Origin: Octopus sinensis
Taxonomy: Eukaryota
DNA length: 64,000 nt
Assembly (NCBI RefSeq): GCF_006345805.1
Contig: NC_043000.1
Coordinates: forward strand, 122,140,001-122,204,000
Reading direction: 5' to 3'
This document shows, piece after piece, positions 54,290 to 64,000 of this stretch (the stretch's first letter is position 1; the number at the start of each line of letters is the position of its first letter). The translations under genes and the position numbers were made by a program. The notes under the pieces are model-generated. The model saw nothing but the letters and a program-made list of their open reading frames with translations, did not search any database and had not been told where the DNA came from.

Positions 54290-54628
54290 CTGAAGGCGCA
54301 TGGCTCAGTGGTTAGAGCGTCGAGCTTACAATCGTGTGGTTGTGAGTTCGAATCCCGGACCGAGCTGTGTGTTGTGTTCTTGAGCAAGACACTTTATTTC
54401 GCGATGTTCCAGTTCACTCAGCTGTAGAAATGAGTTGTGACGTCACAGGTGCCAAGCTATATTGGCCCCTTTGCCTTTCCTTTGGATAAAACTGGTGGTG
54501 TGGAGAGGGGAGGCAGGTGTGCATGGGCGACTGCTTGTCTTCCATAAACAACCTTGCCCGGACTTCTGCCTGGGAGGGTAACTTTCTATGTGCAACCCCA
54601 CGGTCAGCCATGACCGAAGGGGGTCTCA
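54290..54628 (+). mobile_element. Full-length tRNA-derived SINE with a 14-bp target-site duplication
   Basis: A-box ggctcagtggttagagc, B-box gagttcgaatccc, ttgagcaagacacttta core; TSD atttattcactgat at 54276-54289 and 54629-54642. Confidence 0.92.
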
Positions 54629-54822
54629 ATTTATTCACTGATATATGTGTAACCTGATACAGATGAAATTCAAAATCCGTTTTAATGTAATTGGAAATCT
54701 GAGTATATATGTATATTGATTTAAATAATAATTATTTGAGGGAATATTATTCCTAACTTACAGGGAAAAATTCAATTTAGAAATACTAAATCAAATTTTA
54801 CAAAATATAATATATATATATA

Positions 54823-55051
54823 TTAGAAAAAAACACCTTTTATCAATTCAAAATGAACAATTAAATTACACCATCTAGAAAATTACATATAATAGAAATA
54901 TTTTATTATTATTATTATTATTATTTTGCAATTTAATTAATCATCAGTATATTATTGTTATTTTATTTTTAATATTTCTATTATATGTAATTTTCTAGAT
55001 GGTGTAATTTAATTGTTCATTTTGAATTGATGAAAGGTGTTTTTTTCCTAA
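54823..55051. repeat. ~80-bp inverted repeat, 68-bp spacer
   Basis: 54823-54902 vs 54971-55051, about 2 mismatches. Confidence 0.9.
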
Positions 55052-55896
55052 TTTTTATATATTGATTTAAATATATCGCACAATGCATTATGTTTGGTGG
55101 ACTGCAGATTCGTCCAAACTCCCCAAATTTCAAAGGATAATCAGCTAGAATTTGAACGACCAAACATTCCAAAATTTATAAACAGGACACAACCTATATC
55201 ATTGGCGCACCTTCGGTTCTTCCAAACTCTCAGAATGGCCTGTCTTTTCTTTTATTTTAATCCATTTCAATATTGATCCAATTAACAATGAAACCTTTGG
55301 AATCGCATAACAACTCTTCTGTTGACTTACATATTCACTGCACAGCTTCCTTTCTCTCCGTCATGTTTGCCCAGAAGTTCTAATTTTTCAGAGAATGTCA
55401 CTTTGCCAGAGAAAGCAAGCCTGGTACACAAAAGATAATATATTTAATGGTTTCTAAAGTGACATATCACTCATTGATATTTTGAAATAAATATATATAA
55501 ATGCCTGTATCGTCAAACATTTCTATTTTCTTTTATCATCGATCACATATTCTCATTTTCCACGTGAGATTCTCATGAATTAGACTCTTCATTTCCTTTC
55601 TGTTATGCTCTGTTTACCTTTAGCTTCAAGTGTCTTTCTGCTTTGTCATTTATTTATGTATTATCAAGCTCAGGTTTACACATGTGCATACACAAAATCT
55701 ATATATGTGTATATAGGTATACATGTGACTTAGAGAGAGAGAAGGGGGGAGAAAGTGAGATGTATGTATAAATGTATATATATGCATATATATATATAGG
55801 TATATACATAGAAGTACAACCATAAGTACATCTATAAATGCATATGACAGAGTGTATTCTATGTGTGTGTGTGCGTATATATATAAATATATATAA

Positions 55897-55946
<50 letters not shown>

Positions 55947-55961
55947 TGTGTGTGTGTGTGT

Positions 55962-56189
55962 ATTCTTTTATTCTTTTATTTGTTTCAGTCGTTTGACTGC
56001 AGCCATGCTGGAGTCCGCATTTAGCCGAGCAAATCGACCCCAGGACCTATTATTTTGTAAGCCTAGTACTTGTCTATTAGTGTATTTTGCCGAAACGCTA
56101 AGTTACGGGGGCGTAAAGACGCCAGCATCGGTTGTCAAGGGAGGACAAACGCAGATACACAAACACACACAATCATACATATATATATG
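55962..56189 (-). mobile_element. 3' half of a composite SINE (split by the Tc1 insertion)
   Basis: ttcttttatttgtttcagtcgtttgactgcagccatgctgg..ccagcatcggttgtcaag. Confidence 0.9.
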
Positions 56190-56191
56190 TA

Positions 56192-57618
56192 CAGTTGCGG
56201 CCAAAATGTTCAGAACGGCATTGTTTTCGTCAGAAAAGTAGATATAATTTTTTATCAAAGTGGTTTTATATTCTATAATTTTCACAGACAATAAATACGA
56301 TATGATTTGTTATTGCCTAAGATTTTGGTGTAATTTGAGAGGATAATACAAAAGTTATGGATGATTTAGTGATTTACTGCAAAACCCATGGCGCCCAAAA
56401 TGATCAGAACGGTTGCTTTTACTCCGTGTTTTAGTATATTTAACCGGCGAACTCTAATGTTTCGAATTTGTTTACGTGACGGTTCGTTTACTAAACATTA
56501 GTAAGAATATTTGCAGTGTACTTTGTTAATATAATGCCACTTACTCCGTTACCAATTCGTCAGCAGATTATTAAGCTTCGAAGGAAGGATAATTTAAGTA
56601 TTGGATCTATTGCAAAGATTGTTAACAAGTCAAAAAGTGTTGTACGCGGTATTCTTAAGGTCTACGATGATTGTGGTTCGTGTGAAGCAAGAAAGTTTAC
56701 AAGTAGGCCAAGAAAAACGACCAAAAGAGAAGATCGTACTGTGGTAAAGTTGGTTAAAAAGGACAGATTTAAAACTGCTGCTGCTGTTTCTCAGAAAATG
56801 AGCATTGTATTGACGAAAACTTTATCTCGAAAAACTGTGTCTTGTCGTTTAGTTGAACATGACCTACAAGCAAGAGCACCTACAGTGAAGCCACTGATCA
56901 GCTCCAAGAATAAAAAGTGTAATCTTACCTTTGCAACCGAACATGTGTTGTGGTCTCAAGAAAAATGGCAAACGGTGCATTTCAGTGATGAATCTAAGTT
57001 TATGCTATTTGGCTCAGATGGGAAAAGGTACGTTCGTAGAAAAGTAGGTGAAAAATTGTTGCCTAAATGCCTTAAGACTAGTGTTAAAATCGGTGGAGGA
57101 AGTGTCATGATTTGGGGAATGATATCTGGAGATAGTGTGAGCCCTTTGGTGCGATTACATGGAAAGTTAAATGCAGGAGTTTATAAGCAACTTGTAAAAG
57201 ATCATGTCTTGCCTGTGCTGAGAAATTCAACTAAGCGACCGCCCATATTCATGCAGGACAATGCCCCATGTCACAAGGCTAAGGTGGTCATGAACTTCCT
57301 CAAGGCTGAAAAGGTTATTGTTATGGATTGGCCAGCTCAAAGCCCATATCTCAATCGTATTAAAAATGTGTGGAATATTCTAGGAGAAAGCCAGATATCC
57401 TAAAACAACTGAGCAATTATGGAATGCCCTTCAGGAAGAATGGAATAAGATCGCCCAGCAAGAAATTGAAAATTTAATTTCCTCATGCAGTCGAAGATGT
57501 CAGAGTGTGATTGAAGCTAAAGGGCTTCACACTAAATATTAAATAATTCCAGTATTCTCTGTCATTTTTTATTATTTTGTTATCTTTTCAACCGTTCTGA
57601 TCATTTTGATCGCAACTG
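56192..57618 (+). mobile_element. Tc1-family DNA transposon, 1,427 bp
   Basis: TA TSD (56190-91, 57619-20); 27-bp TIRs cagttgcggccaaaatgttcagaacgg / ccgttctgatcattttgatcgcaactg (3 mismatches); transposase inside. Confidence 0.95.
56534..57542 (+). pseudogene. Tc1 (DD34E) transposase, inactivated
   Basis: N-terminal HTH, SRPRKTT (~GRPR), WQTVHFSDESKF, GGGSVMIWG, FMQDNAPCH, WPAQSPYLNRIKNVW (D34 spacing, catalytic E->K); frameshift near 57390, with the C-terminus RYPKTTEQLW..EAKGLHTKY* in another frame. Confidence 0.93.
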
Positions 57619-57620
57619 TA

Positions 57621-57785
57621 TATACGACGGCTTTCTTTCAGTTTACGTTTAACAACACCATTCACAAGTCATTTGTCGGCTTGAGTGATAGTAAAAGACA
57701 CTTACTCATGGTGTCACACAGTGTGACTGAAACTGGAACCATGTGGTTCGAAAAGTAAGCTGCTTACCACAGAACCACCCCTGCG

Positions 57786-57788
<3 letters not shown>
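57621..57788 (-). mobile_element. 5' half of a composite SINE (split by the Tc1 insertion)
   Basis: tatacgacggctttctttcagttt..ggaaccatgtggttc..cttaccacagaaccacccctgcgcct. Confidence 0.85.
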
Positions 57789-57826
<38 letters not shown>

Positions 57827-57829
<3 letters not shown>

Positions 57830-57971
57830 AAGAGTTTACGGAAAAAGCAAAAGACGAAGACAGGTGGTGTACAAAACAAACAGATGTATTAGTATAACGC
57901 TCAGGAATAGAAAAAGTCTTTTACGTTTCTAGCCTACGCTTTTCTACTGAAAGGGACACAGATAAAACAAG
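57827..57971 (-). mobile_element. Penelope-type pseudo-LTR fragment (same family as 43500-43663)
   Basis: Reverse complement matches ctgtgtccctttc..gtaggct.gaaac..ttctattcctgagcgttatactaatacatct..gtacaccacctgtc..cgtaaactct; (TA)n on both sides. Confidence 0.65.
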
Positions 57972-57976
57972 TATAT

Positions 57977-58021
<45 letters not shown>

Positions 58022-58058
58022 TATATATGTATATGCATGTATATGTACACGCACACGA

Positions 58059-58103
<45 letters not shown>

Positions 58104-58984
58104 TATATATATACACATACACAAGTATGGACGCCACTAAAGTGAGAGAGGGAACAGAGTGGTATCGACATTGCTAGAAATAAGAGGTCAAAACGACTCA
58201 TTAGTGATAATCATCACATGCTTTCAACAGTTTTCTTATAAGCTGAGGAGGTGAGTTCAGCTTAACCCTTGGCGCAGTAAGAGCCACAGATGTGAATTAA
58301 GATGATCTACATAAAGATTCTCGTGGTATGTCTCTCTCTTCAACTGCTCTTATGGCTAAACTGTCGTTTTGACTGTTATTTCCAGTAATGTATCTACTAC
58401 TTTATACCCTCTGTTAACACTATTAACACCACTGTTCCTTTTCTCTCAGCTTTTGTAAATTATATTCACGTGCCAGTATTCATTATGCACATATTTTTCT
58501 AATAACATTTCTTTTTACATCGTCTTTACAATCTTCCGTTTACAACTTATCTCTTTTCCAATACCAGGTTCCCTGCAATAATTTCTAAGTGTTGTACATA
58601 TAATTACATCTTAGCTACTCTCTTCGCCTTTCAGCTTAATCTACTCAATTCCATTTTATTGACTTCACAACGTTGTCCTTTGTTCGTGTGTCTATTTTTT
58701 ACTTTATCATTATTTTCTATCTTCATATATCTTGTAACATTTTCTTTTCTTGAATCCGATCTAATTGTTTTGATTCACCTACTACACAATTTTCTCCGTT
58801 GCTTCCCCCATTTCTCTGTTTCTGCGCCTGACCCTCAGATTTACTACATTTACAGCCCACTCGAGTGTACACACTCTCAACCCCCAAACTGCACTTACTC
58901 CACTCGTCACACACCGCCAGTTTCTGTATAAACATATACTCCCTTGTATAAAAACATCTCCTCACATTTCCCACTCATCATCAC

Positions 58985-59135
58985 TACTTTCCATTGAACT
59001 GCATCCCCACCAGGCCTCTAAATCTTTTCTTTCCTCTTTCCTCAAACCTATTTTCTGTTTTCTTTTTCTGATGAAGATTTCGCGGCCGAAGCGTCAAAGA
59101 CCGTTTCCTTTTTCTTTCATGTCTTCAAGCGTGAA
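58985..59135 (+). mobile_element. Possible PLE 3' relic with degenerate hammerhead
   Basis: ttttt-CTGATGA-A-gatttcgcggcc-GAAG-CGTC-aaaga at 59063-59100; weak upstream TFH*TASPPGL resembling a Poseidon-type EN end. Confidence 0.4.
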
Positions 59136-59247
59136 ATTAAACACACCTTGCTGGAAACATTTCCTTCTCGTGTTCTTGTTTTTTGTTCATTAACCATATA
59201 TACATACATGCATACATACATACATGTATATTTATATAAAACAACAA

Positions 59248-59569
59248 GACTCCGCCGGTTACGACGACGAGGGTCCCAGCTGATACGATCAACGGAACAG
59301 CTTGCTCGTGAAATTAACGTGCAAATGGCTGAGCATTCCACAGACACGTGTACCCTTAATCTAGTTCTCGGGGATAATCAGCGTGACACAGAGAGTGACA
59401 AGGCTGACCCTTTGAAATACAAGTACAACTCATTTTTGCCAGCTGAGTGGACTGGAGCAACGTGAAAATAAAGTGTCTTGCTCAAGGACACAACGCGTCG
59501 CCGGGAATCGAACTCACAACCTTACGATCATGAGCCGAATGCCCTAACCACTAAGCCACGCGCCCTCAC
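59248..59569 (-). mobile_element. Full-length tRNA-derived SINE (cephalopod Ceph-type body)
   Basis: Head ggcgcgtggcttagtggttagggcattcggc..gagttcgattccc, ttgagcaagacactttattttcacgttgctccagtccactcagctgg; possible TSD atatttatata. Confidence 0.88.
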
Positions 59570-59570
59570 A

Positions 59571-59594
59571 TATTTATATATATATATATATATC

Positions 59595-59634
<40 letters not shown>

Positions 59635-59639
59635 TATAT

Positions 59640-59699
<60 letters not shown>

Positions 59700-59700
59700 C

Positions 59701-59758
<58 letters not shown>

Positions 59759-59769
59759 ATAATATATAT

Positions 59770-59801
<32 letters not shown>

Positions 59802-59832
59802 ATATATATAATAAATATATATATATATAAAT

Positions 59833-59864
<32 letters not shown>

Positions 59865-59954
59865 GTATATATAATTATATATATATATAATATATTATAT
59901 ATAAATATATATATATATACTATATATATATATAAATATATATAATATATATAT

Positions 59955-59997
<43 letters not shown>

Positions 59998-60014
59998 TAT
60001 ATGTATATATATAT
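59571..60014. repeat. (TA)n/(TAAA) compound microsatellite
   Basis: Direct reading. Confidence 0.97.
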
Positions 60015-60044
60015 TGGAAGGTTTGGAGATGATGTACAGGTATT

Positions 60045-60089
60045 ATATATTAGAAGAAATGAGGTAATCGGATCTGATTACCTCATTTC

Positions 60090-60100
<11 letters not shown>
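60045..60100. repeat. 56-bp palindrome
   Basis: atatattagaagaaatgaggtaatc-ggatct-gattacctcatttcttctaatatat; one G.T mismatch near the centre. Confidence 0.93.
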
Positions 60101-60133
<33 letters not shown>

Positions 60134-60159
60134 CATACGTACGTACATACATACATACG

Positions 60160-60193
<34 letters not shown>

Positions 60194-61019
60194 CATGCTT
60201 GCGTACATACGTACACACGTGCATACATACATATAGATACGTACGCACATCCATACATACATACGTAACATAAAGCTAACATTCAGCGAAAAAGAAAATA
60301 CCCACGCTGAACTGCTGAGAAATTTGCAGTTGCTTTATGCAGATTAAAAGTCCAGGTTTATACCTGTAAACATTGGGGCACTGGGATATGTAACAAAGAG
60401 CTTAAATAACAATCTTGAGAAATTAGGTCTCTGACAACCCGAAAGGAGAAAGCTAATTCGAAGACTACTGATCTAATCCATCACTGAAGCTGTAACAGTT
60501 TGTAAAACTTTCTAGAAATTTATCATTTAAATATATATGAGCATGTCTAGACATGCCACTATATGGGGGAGAATGTATACATACAAAGTCATACCACCCA
60601 GCCGTCTGAATAACTATGAGGACCGTAGCTGATTGTGGCTTGTGTTCAGAGGATCTGTGATAGTCGTACGTTTGATTTTCTTTCTGTAAATGTTATAATG
60701 ATATTTCGCTGGTAAAAGAGTCGTATTTGGCATAGGAGAAATTAAAGTGAGAAATCAAAGATGGCGTCAACGGCATATGTATATATCGTGTTGGATGTGG
60801 TGGTAAGAGGTACTTTAATATATTGAAGAATAAGACTTGGTGCAGAACTGAAACTTGAGAGAAAACCAAAGATATTTGAAAACGAAAGACCAAGTTCATC
60901 TCTGCGTGATTGGAATTCAAAACACATGAACCGGATTAAAAATTTCTTTGTAATTTTGGCAAATGTATTACATGAATCCCATTTTATTTTTACTAACCCT
61001 GTAATATATCGAAACCGAA

Positions 61020-61135
61020 ACGATGAAAAGCAAGGCACAATTTTGTGACGTTGAACTCAGAAGGAAAAGAAACGGAAATAATTCTACGAAGCACTTAGTT
61101 CGATGCGCTAATAACTCTTCTACTTTACCGCCTTA
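61020..61135 (-). mobile_element. Degenerate fragment of the second SINE family
   Basis: gatgaaaagcaag..ttgaactcagaag..gaagcactt..cgctaataactcttc..accgcctt. Confidence 0.55.
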
Positions 61136-61499
61136 AGCCGCAAACAATACAACTAGGCTTTATATCCAATGCTCTGAAATTTTGGACTATTTAATTCTTG
61201 TATGTGTGTGTGCAGGCACCTCCACATAAATTCGCCTTTTAAATAATTGGGCAAACATAAACAATATATTTCACTAGTATGCACGGCCTCGTAGCACCAT
61301 AGAGGTTGATGTTATGTGATAGATGTCATTAAATTATGTATACAGGTCGATCTTTGAATATACGAAAGCACATTTATCGGAGCGCATGTACATAAATAAG
61401 TTGTTTAGTTATATAAATGTACACAAGCACACACACACACACAATCTAACACATGTATATATTCAAATTATAACCACGGTTACAACCACATGTTTAATA

Positions 61500-61900
61500 A
61501 GCATAGTGGATGTGTGGTAAGTAGCTTGTTTACCAACCACATGGTTCCGGGTTCAGTCCCACAGCGTGGCACTCTGGGCAAGTGGCTTCTACTATAGCCT
61601 CGGGCCGACCAAAGCCTTGTGAGTGGATTTGGTAGACGGAAACTGAAAGAAGCCCGTCGTATATGTTATGTATGTATGTGAGTGTGTGTGTGTTTGTGTG
61701 TCTGTGTTTGTGCCCCCAACATCGCTTGACAACTGGTGCTGGTGAGTTTACGTCCCCGTAACTTAGCGGTTCGGCAAAATGGACCGAGAGAATAAGTACT
61801 ATTCTTACAAAGAATACGTCCTGGGGGCGATTTGCTCGACTAAAGGCGGTGTTCCAGCATGGCCACAGTCACATGACTGATACAAGTAAAAGAGTAAAAG
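61500..61900 (+). mobile_element. Composite tRNA-derived SINE, full length
   Basis: Low-divergence copy with head, internal (TG)n and the aaggcggtgttccagcatggccacagtc..aagtaaaagag tail. Confidence 0.93.
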
Positions 61901-63092
61901 TGTAAGGAGAGTAAAATTGGTTACTATCTAATATCAAATATGGTGCGTTTCTGCCCCACTGAATATGTACACCAGTTTTATATAACTGTATAAATAACAT
62001 TGGTTGAGAATGATTAGGCTTATATTATATATGTAGCAATGTATACTGTCTCTCAGCAACCAAGGATAAATCTTGACAATGTCTTCAGTGAAAGTCGAAA
62101 CTAATCAATAATCTTTATTATGCATAGTTTCAGAAATACATTCTGTTCTTCAAAATAATTAAATGCACTTTTGAAAACTTGTATGGAAATGTTATCAGTT
62201 TAACAACAACTGCGTTAGAAAGCTCTAACAATGTTTACCTGTCCTATAATTGCTACTTGCTCGAAGTTGATTATGTTTGTCATTATAAGTTTTCCTTGAA
62301 TATCCCTAAACAATCTGATGCATATCGTTACAGTTTTTACCAATTACGAGTCATGTTCAACAGTTAGGCGGGTGTTGTCCTATAACAGTCTAATTCACTT
62401 CTGCTCATTATAGGTATTCAACATTGATATATCCATAATCACTAAACAATTGTCCTTTTTGTCGTAGAAAATGAGGTCAAACTTATTATGTGTTCTCTGA
62501 TGGACTGTTTATATGGTATAGTTTCATATTATTTTCGCATTGTTATTTTCTTAGACTAGATGGGTGGAGATTTATTTGTACGTAGCACTTATATATTTTT
62601 TTTTTCTGGAAGGCGTTGAGTTCTAGGCGTGTGCAGAGAGGCTTTATTACGTTACTATACTTCCAATTATATTTTATTGGAAACATAGAAGGTTATCTTA
62701 ATATTATGTTTACTTTTCATGTATATTATAATTATGACATAGCTTTAGATAGTTGAGATAGCTAAATCGTTAACGCCTTGCGGTATTTTGTTACAGTTTT
62801 TAGCGTTCTGAGTTCTGAGTTCAGTCCCGGCCGAGTTTCACGTTGTTTATGTTCTGAGACCGATAGAGTACTAGGATTAGATATAATCGACAGCCACCTA
62901 CTTAACGCAATGTACAGCCATCGTTCCTACAATTAACATCATTAGTGGCCGAGAGGCAGCAATCATTATAACGCTTTAGAAAATTATCGTGGTAGTTATT
63001 TTACCTATTTATTCTAAATTGAATATCCCACAAAAGTAAAATTTACCAGTCATACTTCCGATTCAGAAAAATACCTTCCCCTGTTAGAAATA

Positions 63093-63128
<36 letters not shown>

Positions 63129-63213
63129 TAATTAAAGGAACGCATGACAAAACCAAGAAAAAGAACGGCGGACGGATAATTATAAATACTATAAGATTGT
63201 TGATTTAAGAATT

Positions 63214-63245
<32 letters not shown>

Positions 63246-64000
63246 ACACTACTACGCGACACCCCCTCAAAAAATATACAAGAATAAATTTATAATCTAA
63301 ATTCCCAACAAAATTAGAAAAACCCACATGTACCACAGAGGGCCGTTACTGACACAACCTGCGCTACGCAAACAACACACAAGTTTAAAAACTAACACAA
63401 CCGAAGACTTGGACAAAACTCCATTGATTCAATAGTGCGCCTAACATTCATGAAGAAATTTGATTTGGCTTTCTATCTTTGATCTTTTACACACCGAAAT
63501 ATGAATAGCATGACGCAGTAGTGTCATATTTTCTATGTCGTGCAAGAGTAAGCAACCACGTAGAGGTAACCTTAATTTCCAGATCCTTACATCTGGATAA
63601 TCTGGGCGTGCCTTTTGACGTCTGTTTAAATACGTGCATTGCTTAGGTTTAGTTTCGTTTCTTCGAAGTCATTGGCAATAATATGGGTCGATAGGTTTGA
63701 TCTATATGTCTGCCTGAATCTATATGTAGCAGTGCACAGTGCCTTTACCATTACAATTATCTTGGAAATTTTCTGGTTTATATCACCTACTTCATTTGAA
63801 ATTTCAATAATGCTGAGATAACTGACAATGTTAGAAATGCAGCAATGCTGTTCTTTCTTTGATGTACACTATAAATTCTGAGGCTAACAAAGAGACGGTG
63901 TAATTAATTGTTTCTTTCACATCAACGCCTAATGAGCAATTGTTTACTGTATTCTGTTTTATTACATGCCTTGGTTTCACTCAGATTTTAGCGTTACGAT

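Noticed and set aside
54292-54365. tRNA-like sequence (also 39245-39318 and 59495-59569)
   Set aside because: SINE heads: no proper acceptor stem, and they continue into SINE bodies with tails/TSDs

Overview
AT-rich, microsatellite-dense eukaryotic non-coding DNA. The SINE families and repeat make-up point to an octopus/cephalopod genome (inference). No host protein-coding gene could be supported, and almost all ORFs in the track are microsatellite or antisense artefacts. Recognisable content: (1) many tRNA-derived SINEs of at least 5 families; (2) decayed RTE-clade LINE pieces; (3) a 394-bp non-autonomous Helitron; (4) a 1,427-bp Tc1-family transposon with TA TSD, TIRs and a frameshifted DD34E->K transposase; (5) several Penelope-like element (PLE) pieces. 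The highlight is a young ~2.4-kb PLE at 44.5-46.9 kb bounded by ~400-bp inverted repeats. Each repeat holds a fully foldable type I hammerhead ribozyme, and they enclose an uninterrupted 411-codon GIY-YIG endonuclease ORF with no RT and an unusual ~160-aa Cys-free Asn/Ser/Asp-rich linker. Four more degenerate hammerhead-like motifs and five fold-back palindromes, mostly beside (TA)n or other AT-rich tracts, are scattered through the window. Both the PLE and the Tc1 element split the same composite SINE family at its internal TA-rich microsatellite.
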